A DNA stretch of 64,000 nt, from positions 744,001 to 808,000 of the forward strand of contig JANJGN010000065.1 in the NCBI GenBank assembly GCA_026770705.1, in the 5' to 3' direction. Numbering within the stretch: position 1 is the first letter of the stretch; each line of letters starts with the position of its first letter. This document shows, in pieces, positions 13,498 through 25,419 of this stretch. The DNA comes from Isurus oxyrinchus (lineage: Eukaryota). The notes below the pieces were generated by a model. That model was not told where the DNA came from. It ran no database searches and worked only from the letters and a program-made list of their open reading frames with translations. The translations under genes were made by a program, and so were the position numbers.

Positions 13498-13569
13498 GCC
13501 TGGGTAGCTCAGTCGGTACAGCATCAGACATTTATCCTGAGGGTTCAGTTTTTCAACCCTGTTTGGGAG
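13498..13569 (+). pseudogene. tRNA-Lys(UUU)-derived pseudogene
   Basis: GCCTGGGTAGCTCAGTCGGTACAGCATCAGACATTTATCCTGAGGGTTCAGTTTTTCAACCCTGTTTGGGAG aligns with vertebrate tRNA-Lys-TTT (GCCCGGATAGCTCAGTCGGTAGAGCATCAGACTTTTAATCTGAGGGTCCAGGGTTCAAGTCCCTGTTCGGGCG). A box intact; B box/T arm and anticodon loop damaged. Confidence 0.85.
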
Positions 13570-13574
13570 GAGGT

Positions 13575-14140
13575 CCTGCCTCTGAGACCTGCCAGACTAT
13601 CAGATTGGCCGGCAGTTCACAAGTTCATGCAGTGCCTGAAGCTGCTGCGTACAGGACTGAGCCAGTATGCACTCCCCAGAGACTAAGTACTGGGAGTCCA
13701 GAAAAAGGTAGGTTTTGGTGGTCTCAGGATTGGGAGGATAAGAAAGGCGTGGGGGCTGGACAGTAGGCGATTGGGGTGTCAGGGAAGAGGTGGACTGACG
13801 GATGGATGGGGTTCCTGCGTCCACTGGACCTTGGTGGGGCAGCTGGATGTGGGGGATATGAGGGATGCCTGTCGTTAAAAGGGGGCTTCTGATGGAGAAA
13901 CCTCCCCGCCCCCTCCCCTTCCTCAACCCGGTTTTTTTGGGCTTCCACCAGACGCAGGAAACCCTCCTGCCAAACTAAAAATTGGGGCTGGGTGGGAAAC
14001 TTCCCTCAGGTGATCAATAACTGGCCGCTTTAGGGCCTCAACTGGGGCTAGGGTGGGTGGCCCGTCTGTGGCCCCACCCACCCCAGCGTCAATCGCTGAG
14101 AGGTTCCTGCTGGTGGGAAGCCCAGCCGAAAAATTTTACT
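13575..14140. mobile_element. GC-rich non-autonomous DNA transposon / MITE-like fragment
   Basis: GC-rich island ending in a TIR-like gccgaaaaatttt. Shares motifs (cagattggccggcagttc, gcagtgcctgaagctgc) in inverted form with 55075-55140. Confidence 0.4.
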
Positions 14141-14402
14141 CTTACTCATTGCTTAAAAAGCCACTGGCGGGTCAGCTTAAAATTCAAACTATTATCTCTA
14201 ATTCTTTCTTCACATATAGTGTCTGACTTGCTGAGTATTTCCAGCACTTTCTATTTATGTTTCAGATTTTCATCATCAATAGTATTTTCCCTTTATATAA
14301 TAGACTGTCTCACACAGTACATTACTATTGTCATTAATAGTGTTCCCTCAGACAACGGAGATTTACCCTGACTCCTGTTTGATTTCTCTCCCTTATCTCC
14401 AG

Positions 14403-14573
14403 CCTGCAGAGTAACAATCTCACAGATTCTTGAGCCAAGGATCTTGCCTCTGCTCTCAGTACAAACCAGTCACTGACAGATCTGGACCTGTGCTTTAATC
14501 GACTGGGAGACTCAGGAGTGAAACTAGTGTCTGTGACTCCAAGGAACTTGGACTGTAAAATCCAGAGATTCAG
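14403..14573 (+). pseudogene. NLR (NLRP/NLRC, ribonuclease-inhibitor-type) LRR pseudo-exon, 171 nt
   Basis: Pyrimidine tract and AG at 14401-14402. Exactly 171 nt, phase 2, translating LQSNNLTDS*AKDLASALSTNQSLTDLDLCFNRLGDSGVKLVSVTPRNLDCKIQRF. In-frame TGA; donor mutated to ATAAGT. A truncated next exon begins at 14759. Confidence 0.85.
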
Positions 14574-15725
14574 ATAAGTACCAAACTGTGTGAGATTATG
14601 TTGATATTAACTGAATGTCTAACAATACATTTTCAGCAGTGTTATTAGAAAAATAAAAAGACACTGTCCATTATTATTAATGTCAGTGATTATGTTATTA
14701 ATATAAATAAAACTGCATTTCCTCTGCCTCCTCTTATTTCTCTCTCTCTAATCCCCAGTCTATGAGGTGTCATCCAACAGATTTTTGTGCCGAGGGTGTG
14801 GCAGAATAATGTGACGGTGCACCCAGAGGTCTTCCCCTCCTCCTCAGAGGTGTACGGCTGTCCCCCAATCACAGCCCTTGAGTTGTAAGAGGGAGGAGAG
14901 TGATTTTAAGGCAATGCGCATTCCAATATTTCCTTCATACTACTCCATGTGACTAGGGACTGATACATGATCTCTATGTTTTGTAGTCTCCAAGGCTCTC
15001 CTGTGTCCTTACATTGCACCATTCACTCTCTCAGCTCCACAGCCATCTCACCGTCAGTGATTGCCCTCCCCAGCTCCAGCATTTCATCTTCCATTGGTTT
15101 AAGGTTGACTGGATCTGAAAGTAGCCACACATCTTGGATTATTCCCCGAAATTGCGTGCTCTCTTCTACAGGCACGTAAATTTCCTTTGTTACTCACCCA
15201 TCAAAGGCATGCACGAGGCTTCGCTGGTGACAGCCTGGCTGTCCATCTTGCAGCCACAGGGATGTTTCCCGCTTGCACCCACTGAATCACGACAGCACAG
15301 GAGTCAACTCTCACTGACGGGGTCTCTCCACAGAGAAGCTGACATGTTTTGACAGCCAATGCTTCTCCATGGGAATTCCAGTGGCTGGGTGGGTAAGCCC
15401 TATTGACCAAGTTCACTTTTATACTTAGTCACATGTCAGGTTGTAAGCCTAACACTGTGTGCTGTTCTCACAGCCATTATCTTTCTCCCCATCACAAACT
15501 CCATTCCTTTATTATCCTCCCTCCATGTCCGCATACGAGTGACACGGGTTTAAGGTGCCGAGTCCTGTGATTTGTTTTGTACTGTCACCAATTTTGTCAT
15601 GTTAATAATCGGTGCACTTCAATTATGCACTCCCCCTTCCCCGCAATTTACTGTCACTTAAAACCAGTCAAGTCCCTGTTTTTCCCAATTCTAATGTTTA
15701 CTCATCAAACTGAAACATTAACACT

Positions 15726-16410
15726 GGCCTGAATTTTTCCCTTGTCTTGTGCACGATCGGGGAGCCTGGGAGCGGAAGTGAAATGCGCTTCTGCCCGTTC
15801 AGCCCTACGACCATGATCTTACGCTGCTTGGCCAATTGAGAGCCAGCCAGTGTGAAGCGTACCCGGGGAACAGCTCAGCACTGCCGCTGGGAGGGGGGTG
15901 GGGGGCGCGCGGAGTGCTGCACCGACGGCACTGTAAGTGCTGGTGAGCGCTTCCAGTGAGCTCCGTGAAGGCAGACAGATGCCTCAGAGAGCTGCAGACC
16001 TCCAAATAATAAAATAAAGCACAAAAGCTGCTGCAAAACTGTCCATGCAGCACAATCAAGCACCTGAAAGCAGATCTCACAGAAAAAGTCCCAAGATATT
16101 TATTTTTATTGCAAATCCTAATGGAGATTTAATCCCTCCCTTGGATGATGTTTCATCAAGAATCTAAAGGTCGCCTGGTCGATTGGTTGGTCCCCCAACG
16201 TAAGGTTGGATGGGCCACGGAAACCCGCTGACAATTGGGACGTTAATGGGTTTAATTTCCCGCTTTTTTTGTCCACGGGATCTCTTCAACGTTTGTGCCT
16301 GCCCGCCTAGCGAAATGTCGCACGAGTGCGCGATGACGTCAGGACGCTCGTCCGACATCATCTCGCACGATTTCATGCCTGCTTGGGTCAGGCATGCGCC
16401 CGCCTACGGG
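15726..16410. mobile_element. GC-rich MITE-like element, probably PIF/Harbinger-derived
   Basis: Starts ggcctgaattttt. CpG-rich. Interrupts a Penelope-type terminal repeat (gaaacattaacact|...|actctggttt...tcacatatactgtc) with a possible 3-bp ACT duplication (15723-15725, 16411-16413). Confidence 0.5.
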
Positions 16411-16649
16411 ACTCTGGTTTTTTTTTCTCCCTTCACATATACTGTCTCACAGGCTGACTATTTACAGAATATTCCTTTATATTTCACGTCGATAGTATTA
16501 ATTATAGTTTTTTTTTGCTTTGAAGTTGTGTTTCTTGAATGTTCCACAATGTATATTATTATTTTAATTAGTTACGTTCCATGAAAAAAACTGCAAATTT
16601 ATTCTGATTCCTGTTATGTTTTCTCTATCGAACCCTCCCCCACCCCGCA

Positions 16650-16815
16650 ACCCACGGGGTACTGATATGACAGACTCTTGTACTGAGGAACTTGCCTCTA
16701 TTTTTAATCGATCAATGGCAGATCAGGACCGGCAACACCAAATAATCGGAGATACAGAAGTGGAACGACGGTCTGTAACTCTGAGGAGAGCTGACTGTAA
16801 AATACAGAAACTGGA
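16650..16815 (+). pseudogene. Second, more degraded NLR LRR pseudo-exon
   Basis: RGTDMTDSCTEELASIFNRSMADQDRQHQIIGDTEVERRSVTLRRADCKIQKLE, then a GTAATT donor at 16816. Flanking intron-like sequence is paralogous to 14574-14880. Confidence 0.7.
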
Positions 16816-18691
16816 GTAATTACCATACTGCGTCAGATTGTGTTTAGGATAACTTAATATTGAACAATACATTTTGAGCATTGTTGCGAGTATTAAAAAC
16901 ACTGTCCATTATTATAAGTGTTAGCTATGAATGAAAATAAAATTTAATTTAATTCATGTTATTTCTCTCTCTGACTACTAGGCTATGGGATGCCAGCCCC
17001 AAAGATATTTTTTATCTCGGGAGTAGGGGAATATAGCGAGGTCGCCCCTCCTCCTCAGACTTGGGTGGCTGTCTCCGGTCACTGAGGCCAATTATTTGCG
17101 AAAAAGAGAACAGGGATTAGATGGCTGAAGCTAGGAAAATGCGGTTGGGTCGCTCTGTTAATAGCTGATGACATGAGCACAGTAGTCAGAGATGACCTTA
17201 GTTCAGAAGATCAAGATGTAGAATTTGTTTGTATAGAAATAAGAGTTAGCAAAGATAAAATGTCACTTTTTTTATTCATTCGTGGGATCTAGGCATCTCT
17301 GGCTAGGCCAACATTTATTATCCATCCCTAATTGTACTTTGGAAAGTTGTGGTGAGATGCCTTCTGGAACGGCCACAGTCCATGTTGGAGTAGCTTATAG
17401 GTCCCTAATACCTTCACACCTTCGGACAGAATACACAGGAAAAAAATAATGGGCGCATGTAAGAAAGGTGCTGCAATAACCGCGGGTTATTTTAATCTTC
17501 ATACATATTGGATGAAGCGGAATGGCAAAGGTTGTTTGAAAGATGAGTTCATAGAGTGTATTCAAGACAATTTCTTAGTGAATCTGTTCTAGTGCTAACC
17601 ACAAAACGGCTATTGGAGACTTGGGAATGTTCAATGAGACTGGATTAAATAATTACACCATAGTAAAGGTGAGTATAATCAGCAGAATATGAGAGAACGC
17701 CAGTTAAATGTACAAAGGTTCTTAGTGGTTCTCCAAAAATATATATAGGAAACGAGAACTAAACTGTACATAGGTCCCTGAGAGGGTGACGGTTGGAAAC
17801 TAATAATGAAAATGATGAAATGGCAGAATATTGCAGAGGTGTTATGTTTCTGTCTTCACAGTCGAAGACACAAGAAGCATCCCAAAAACACTTGAAAATC
17901 AAGAGATAAAAAGAAAGCAGGAACTTAAAACAATCAGAGTTATGAGGGAAAAGGTATTTGGGCAACTGTTAGAACAAAAGGTTAACAAGTCCCGTGACTT
18001 GATGGCTTTCATCATAGGGTCTTAGATCAAGTGACTGCAGACAGAGTAGTTGCATTGATGGTGATCTTCCAAAATTCCCTAGATTCACGAAAGTTCCAGC
18101 GGATTGGAAATCATATGTGGCTAATGTATTAGATTTATTTGAGGAAGTAACATGAAAAGTGATGAAGGAGAATCTGTAGATTTGGTGCACTTAGATTTCG
18201 AAAAGTAATTTGAAAAGTTGTCACATCAAAGATATTACAAAGATAACAAGATAAAAATTCGTCATGTAGGTGGTAGCATATTAGTATGCATAGATGATTG
18301 ATTAGCTAACAGGAAACAGGGAGTCGGACTAAAAGGTCATTTCTGGTTTGCCAAACTGGTACGAGTAGAATGACACAGGGGTCAGTGCTGGGGCCTCAAA
18401 TATCTGTGTAAATTACATGTGAAAAGAACTCAATGCATGGTAGCTAAATTTGCCAATGGCGCAAAGATTGGAAACCATCTTGTGAAGTGGCAGATGGGGT
18501 TTTATGTGAGAAAATGTGAATTTTGCCACTTTGGCTGGAAGAATAGAAAAGTACTATCTTACCTGATTGGAAAAAGACTGCAGGCTGTATGGTACTCAGG
18601 GAACTGGGCGCCCCTGCCTATGAATCACTAAATGTCGGCATGCAGTGAAGCAAGAGATTAAGAATACAATTGTTATGCTGGGGTTCATATT

Positions 18692-18765
18692 GATTCTATG
18701 GCTTGAGCGGCTGAAACAACTGTCTGGTAAACAGAAGATCCTGAGTTTGAATCTCAGCAGTGCTT
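18692..18765 (+). pseudogene. tRNA-Thr-derived pseudogene forming the 5' head of a nested insertion
   Basis: GATTCTATGGCTTGAGCGGCTGAAACAACTGTCTGGTAAACAGAAGATCCTGAGTTTGAATCTCAGCAGTGCTT aligns with vertebrate tRNA-Thr (GGCTCYRTGGCTTAGYTGGTTAAAGCGCCTGTCTNGTAAACAGGAGATCCTGGGTTCGAATCCCAGYRGDGCCT). Anticodon now reads GGT. Followed by TTTT. Confidence 0.8.
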
Positions 18766-18774
18766 TTACCCCCA

Positions 18775-20631
18775 GCTAACATTGAAGGCTTTGAAATGTG
18801 ACGTGTTTACAACAAAAATACATTCTTTTGATGCAAAAAACCCAGTAACCAATGTTTCAAAACGCAAAATCAAGAATTGTATTCGATGAAGGGAACAGAT
18901 GTATAAAGTTGCCAAAAGAAGGAAAGCCTGAGAATTGGATGCATTTTAGCAATCTGCAGAGGAGGACGTACAAAAGGGATTAAGAATGGAAATATACAGT
19001 ATGAGAGTAAAATAGCAAGAAACACAAAATCTGATTGTAAATGCTTCTATAGATATATAAGAAAGAAAATATTAGTAAAAATAAATATCGGTCCATTTCA
19101 AGCAACGTCAGGAAAATTTACAATGCAGAATAAGGAAATGGCAGAGAAATTAAACAAATACTTTTGGTCTGTCTTCACAGAGAAAAATATTAAAAATCGC
19201 TCAAAAGTAGAGGAGAATCAAGGGACGAGTGTAAATGAGGAACAACAAAATATTAATATTTGTTTTAAAAAATTATTAGCGAAATGAATGGGACATTAAG
19301 TAGATTAAGCCCCTGAACCTGATGATTGGAATCCCAGAGTGTTGAAAGAAGTGGCTACAGAGATAGTAGATGCTTTGCTGATCATATTTCAAAATTCTAT
19401 AGGCTCTGGAACGGTTCCTGCAGATTGGAAGGTAGAAAATGTAACCCCCTTGTTTATGAAAGGAGGGAGAGTATAAACTGGGAACCAGACATCTGTTAGC
19501 CTGACATAAATTTGTAGGGAAAATGCTGGATTCTGCAATAAAGGATCCGATAATAGAACACTTAGAAAATAATGGTAGCATTTGGCAGATTCAACATGGA
19601 TGTATGGAAGGGAAATTATGTTTAACATACCAGTTGTGTTTTTTTGAGGATGCAGTCAGCATAATAGATAAGGGGAGAGCCGTGGAAATGGTACAGTGAG
19701 GTAGCGCAGTGATCACTACTGCAGATTTTCACAACCTAAATCAAAGATTTGGATGTGAGCATTAAATGTCATTTACAAGTTTGTAGGTGACAGGAAATGA
19801 GGTGGGTGTGTCAGTCGCAAATATGCTTCAGGGAGACCTGGAAAGGATAAGAAAATGGCCAAAATTTGGCAGATGGAATGAAATTTTGAGAAATGTGTGG
19901 TTATCCACATTGGCAGGAAATGACAAATTCAAACCATTTGTTAAATGGCGAGAGACTGGGAAGCTTTGATCTTCAAAGATATTTAAATGTCCTTGTTCAT
20001 GAGTCACTTAAAGCTAACATGAATGTACAACAAACAGTTAAAAAGTTAAATGATATGTTGGCTTATATTACAAGTGGATTTGAGCATAGGAACAAAGATG
20101 TCTCACAGCCTTGGTGAGACAGCAACAGTAGCATTCTTTGCCGTTTTTGTCTTCTTACCTAAGGAAAGATAAACTTGTTTTAGACTGAGTGCAATGAAGG
20201 TTCCACTTAAATAATTCCTGGAGCCATGCGTTTAGAACAATGAGAGGTGATCTCATTCAAGCATACAAAATTCTTACAGGGATTGAGAGTGTAGATGCAA
20301 GTAGGACGTTTCCGAATGTTGGGGGTGCCTAGAACCAGGGGGCACAGTCTCAGAATAAGGGACTGGCCATTTAGGACTGAGATGTGGAGGAATTTCTTCA
20401 CTCAGAGGGTGATACATTTTGGAAATCACTGCCCCAGAGGGCTGTGGAGGCTGAGTCATTTTATATATTCAAGACTGAGATTTACAGATTTCTACACGTT
20501 GAAAACCTCATGGAACAAGAGGTTAATAGAAGGAAATATTTTTGACATGGAAGGTTAACCATGATCTCAGTGAATGGCAGAGAGGGCTCGAAAGGCTGAA
20601 TATCTGGTTCCTGCTCCTCTTTCACATGTTT
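18775..20631 (+). mobile_element. 5'-truncated CR1 LINE nested inside the host CR1
   Basis: QQKYIL..., EMAEKLNKYFWSVFTE, PRVLKEVATEIVDALLIIFQNSIGSGTVPADWKVENVTPLFMKGGR and TEMWRNFFTQRV, with its own tail at ~20585-20630. Confidence 0.85.
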
Positions 20632-21150
20632 ATATTGCATGGGGAATGCTATGTAAAAGTAGGGAAATTTTGCTGCAGATGTACAGGGCCTTAGGCATGC
20701 AGCATCTCGTGTAAACTATACAGTTTTGGTCTATTTACTTTTTATTTGCTTTAGAACCAGTTCAGAGAAGGTTCACTCGACTGATCTCTGGGATGAAGTG
20801 GTTTATTTTATGGTGAAAAGTTGGGCATTTCTGGCCTATACCCGTTGGTGTTCAGGAGGCTGAGAGGTGATCTTATTGAAAATATAAGTTCCTGAGCAGA
20901 TTTGACAGAGTGTATGCGGAGTGGAGCTTTCTTCCTGTATGATTAGAACGAAGGGAAATGTAAAAAAAAAAATTGGGGTCTCCCATTTAAGACTGAGATG
21001 AGAAGAAATTTACTTAATCTTTGGAATTACATTCCCATGAGGCGAAAAGAGGCTGGGTCATTGAATACATTCAAGGCTGAGTTAAGGTAGATTTTTGATT
21101 GACAAGAGAATCCAGGGCTACGGCAGACCGGCAAGAAAGCGGAGTTCAGG

Positions 21151-21195
21151 CCAGAATCAGATCAGCTAGAATCAGATCAGCCAGAATCAGATCAG
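21151..21195 (+). repeat. 15-bp tandem repeat x3 (CCAGAATCAGATCAG) in the CR1 3' UTR
   Basis: Read directly; one mismatch in the middle copy. Confidence 0.9.
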
Positions 21196-21669
21196 CCATC
21201 ATCTTATCAAATGACGGAGAAGGCTTGAGGGGCTGAATAGCCTACACCTGCTCCTAGTTATTCTGTTCTTATTCCAACACGTTCTCCACCAACCAACCGC
21301 CCTGCTGTCAGTCCTCCCCGCTGCAGCACCTCATCTTCCATTAGTGTAAGGATGGCAAGATCTGGATGTCAGCACTCTTAGTGGCTCCTTCCCTGACATC
21401 ATGGGCTCTCTTCTACAAGCACATGCATCTCAATGGTTACTCACCGAGCAAAGATACACGTTAGTTTATGATGCGTTCAGCCTGGATCTCCATCTTGACA
21501 CCACAGAAATGCCTCCTGCATGTGGCCACTCAGTCTCGGCAGAGCAGTCGTCAACTCTGACTGACCAAGGCCTTGCACAGAGAGGTTCACATGTCTCTGA
21601 CAGTCAACGCTGCTTCCTGAACATCCGTAGGCAAAAACAAGGCTGCATTTTGAACACTGTTTGCTGCAG

Positions 21670-21885
21670 TCAGCTTTGCAGATTGCATCAGGTTATTGAT
21701 CTTTTTTGTGTCACTGCAACCACATGCTCAATTCCTGCTCAACTCCTCGGCAATCTCTGCCCAGGCTTGCCTGGTCTGAATGTGCCAATCATGTCCTCCC
21801 GTCCTTACAGAACGTGACATCTCTCGGACCCAGTGCAGTCTGGAGAAACGCTCCCGGGAGGCATCAGTTAATCAGGGATGTTGCC
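21670..21885 (-). mobile_element. PIF/Harbinger Myb/SANT-like protein remnant
   Basis: Reverse strand: LTDASRE...TRQAWAEIAEELSRN*...KKINNLMQSAK, resembling the Myb/SANT-like AW.EIA..VS...QCRKRFNDL pattern. May extend to ~21290. Confidence 0.55.
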
Positions 21886-22189
21886 ATCGTAGCTTCCGGC
21901 TGTATCACAGCCATTATCCTTAACCCGAGCACAAACTGTATTCCTGAGTCACGGACCACGCTATGTCTCCAACCATCACCAACACCACACACCCGCACCC
22001 AACCCCAACATTGCCCCCCACCCACCAATTGCAATGGAGATGCTGTGCTTTTGTCTTGCACCATCATCCCTTTTGTCATGTAATAACACCGTCAGTTCCA
22101 TTCTGTTCTCTCCTTGCCCCCACATCCCCCAAATGCCGTAGCTTTAAACCTGTCAATTCGCTGCTATTTCTCAGTTCTAATAACAGCTC

Positions 22190-23115
22190 AGGCTTTAATA
22201 AGATTGAATTCATTTTCAAGATGCAGAGTGATGTAATTGATTCCGACACTAGGGCCCCTAAACTTAATAAAGAAAAATACAATGATCTGAGGTGCGAGTT
22301 GGCTCTGATGGATTGGGAAACGTTACTTTAAGGGATGATGGTGGATAAGCAATGGCAAACGTACAAAGAGTACGTGTGTGAACTGCAACAATTGTTTATT
22401 CCTGTTGTGCGCAGAAGTAAAATAGGAAATGTGGCCAACACATGGCTTACAAGTGAAATTAGATTTAGTATTACTTACAAGGAAAAAGCATGCAAATTGA
22501 CCAGAGAAACAACAGACCTGAGGATCGGGCGCAGTTTAGAATTCAGCATAGAAGTAGCAAAGGATTGATTAAGAAGCGGAAAACAGCGTACAAGAGTAAG
22601 CTTGTGGGGAATACAAAAAGTGACTTTAAAAGTTTCTATTGTTATGTGCAGAGAACAAAATTTGTGATGACAAATGTCGGCCCCTGATAGTCAAAAGCAG
22701 GGGAATTTATAATGGGAAAAAAGAAGTGGCCGACCAATGAACTGTATACCTTGGTTATGTCTTCACAAAGGAGGACACAAATAACATAATGGAACTTTTG
22801 GGAAACAAAAGATTTAGTGAACGGGAGGAACTGAAAGAATCAGGATGGTTAGGGAAATGTTGTTGGGGAAATTGATGGAATTTAAGACCGATAAATCCCC
22901 AGAGCCTGATAATCTACATCCCAGAGTACTTACAGAAGAGGCCTTAGAAATAATAGATGCATTGGTTGTCACCTTCCGAGATTCTATAGACTCTGGAACA
23001 GTTTCTACAGATTCTCGGGTATCTAATGTAACCCCACTATTTAAAAATGGAGGTAGAGAGAAAACAGGGAATTATAGACTAGTCAGCCTGACATCAGTGG
23101 TGGGGAAAATTCTTG
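22190..23115 (+). mobile_element. CR1 LINE ORF2 fragment (EN end to RT start)
   Basis: DKSPEPDNLHPRVLTEEALEIIDALVVTFRDSIDSGTVSTDSRVSNVTPLFKNGGREKTGNYRLVSLTSVVGKIL. Confidence 0.85.
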
Positions 23116-23519
23116 ACCCCATGATACACCCCGGTGTATGGCCATTCAGAAACTTGATTATGAGTGCACTGAGTGAGAAGCTTCACAATTTAGGACCTTG
23201 TCCTGGAACAGATTAATTTAGGATTTGCCTTTTTGGAGAACTGTCACTGTACAGGCCCATTGTTTGTGCTTAGGGGCAAAAAAACGCTTTATTTTCATGC
23301 CATTTGACCTCCTTTTCCCTTTCAATGAAGTTGCACTCATCTTTTCCTATTTGCTTATATCGTTTCATATTATCAGTTATTATTGCGATATCACTATGCT
23401 TTTAAAATTATCACTGTACAGTGTTCAATCAAATTGTTTCTATAGTACATCGCTTGACATTGTGATTCATTCTAATTACGTTTCCGATCCTAATTGAGAT
23501 TCCACAAGAGACACACACG

Positions 23520-24020
23520 CCCTTACACATAACAAAAAAATGATTTCATCACATTCTATGGACCTGACTCCGATATAAAATTAGGTCATCAAAAACTCTG
23601 CTTCCCATGGCTTAAATCGCAGCAAGTCCTTGCAACTATTACCGCTTTACTGGCTCAATTACATGGACTTATAATGTAATTACATATTTCCAAAGACTCT
23701 TAAAGTTTCGTCACCCCATACATTTATAATCTCTTCCAACCCCATCAATTTATGATGTGTCTGTCCTCCTCTAATACTGACCCCTTGTTCATTAACGATT
23801 CTAATTGGCCCACAAATATTGACTCTGCTTCTAGTTGCCTACGCTCCAATGTCTAGAATTACCTGTCTACACTTCACCTTTCAGTTCTGTTTCCACCCTT
23901 GAAACAGTTTAATTAAGCATTTATTTGTTTATGTGCCTTTAAACAAGAGAATGTGCCAATGATGTGCCTTGGACATTTTCACTCTGTCAAAGGTGCTGTG
24001 TATATATACGATTTCCTATT
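23520..24020 (+). mobile_element. L2 LINE 3' fragment, degraded
   Basis: IKNSASHGLNRSKSLQ..LLAQLHGL region and a tail (aaggtgctgtgtatatacg) similar to the 470-1420 element. Confidence 0.5.
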
Positions 24021-25419
24021 ATCCGTCCGCAGCAGGTCACTGCGCCCCTCTATTTCTGAGTCGATATCACTGTTCTTTTGACCTTGTACAGGTGTATCAG
24101 GCACTGTGCTTGAATATGTTTTGCTTGCTGACGTCTTTCTAAATCTGGCTTATTCTGCATCGTGGCGTGCCTAATTCGATATTTCGTCTTGAATCCCGAT
24201 GTGTCTGGCTCTGTATTACTCTGGGAATGACAATGCGTGTCTGCGAATCTGACTCTTAATCCAAGTGCACCTTACTCTGAATGCAGGAGTGAATGATTCA
24301 ATATCCTTGAATGTATGTCTCTAATTGGTTGTGCTCTCATTCCTGTATCATTGAGTTTCTGGTACAGCATTGCCTTCTTTCTGAATCTGCATTTCATAGG
24401 CTTGTGCCTGGTATTTATCGATGTTCGGTTTCAGATTTTAAAACCTTCTTCTTTGCATATGACTGTGTTGCCCCCTTGCCTGAATGTAGCTTATCCTTTC
24501 CTGCACTCAACTTTGGTTGCTCAATCATTGCACTTTGTATATTTTACTATATCCTATGTTGTCTGACATTTTAAATTGATGTATATAATTATGAAGTTTA
24601 CAGTGCCTTCCTCTGTCCTTAGATATACTGGTCTCTGCACTGTACACTTCTTATGCTCTATATAGTGTGGTGACCATTCAGCTGCTATAATATAAAGGTA
24701 ACTAAATTCAAAATGTCACATCCTTAGAACTGCTGCATCACCTCTGCTCTGAGGCTGCTATTAAAAACAATCTGCACCATAATCATTTGGCTGATAGACC
24801 ATGTGGAATATGCTTGGAACCGCTCCATCATTCCGTTTCTTATATTCAGCATTTGATGTATTGATAATGACTGTGTGATTCAAGTTCTATTGCCCAGTCT
24901 CAGGTCGACTGTGATATGATTTTTGATATTAAAACATAAAATGCTTGAAATACTGACACTGCAGACGTGGATGCCCCTGTAGAGATTGAAACGGAGATAA
25001 CGTTTTGAGCCAGATATGCATAATTCCTTCAGTATCAAATACATCTACGTATTTCTCTATTCTGAGAGAATGTATGTGATGTGCTCGGACATGCACCATG
25101 TCCATCATTATGATTTTTGGAGCATGATGTGCGTGGGTCTGCTGTTCGATTGCAGCTCAACAGTTCAGCGCTCATGCGCTAGCAGCAGCTCAAAGATTTT
25201 GTTTCTGTTATTAACTGTAGAATGTAGGATCATAACGGTTGTTCTGATGTTCAGTCTGTGTGGTGAGAGGCAATTATTTATAGGTTTTCAGCCGCATTCT
25301 TGAGCCGCTGAATTCTATGTAGTTTCGGGACAGCGAAAGTATTATTTACAGAAGGCAACATAATCATTTCACAACGATAGCGACAGTGATGGCCTGACAA
25401 TGCATTTCGAAGTTAGCTT

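Larger units (their letters stand above)
17095..21272 (+). mobile_element. Host CR1 LINE with internal deletions (EN to 3' tail), interrupted at 18692-20637
   Basis: EN blocks at 17100-17650 and RT blocks at 17780-18690 ending VMLGFI. It resumes at 20638 (ggggaatgctatgtaaaagtagggaaattttgctgcagatgtacagggcc, the ARGMEYKSREVLLQLYRAL region). Tail gggctgaatagcctacacctgctcctagttattctgttctt. Confidence 0.8.

Noticed and set aside
18722-18730. Apparent tRNA-Thr with GGT anticodon, which is rare in eukaryotes
   Set aside because: The copy has mismatched acceptor and D stems and a mutated B box, so GGT is most simply decay from AGT, CGT or TGT, not a novel functional tRNA.
21151-21195. Short direct repeats (also 45597-45680 and 51108-51179) considered as CRISPR-like arrays
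   Set aside because: They are contiguous tandem duplications without spacers, in vertebrate DNA with no cas genes.
24311-25303. Hydrophobic, Cys-rich ORFs that could be further GPCR fragments
   Set aside because: They lack all family signatures (DRF..ICC, PF.LIL, TQ.KFR); T-rich composition explains the hydrophobicity.
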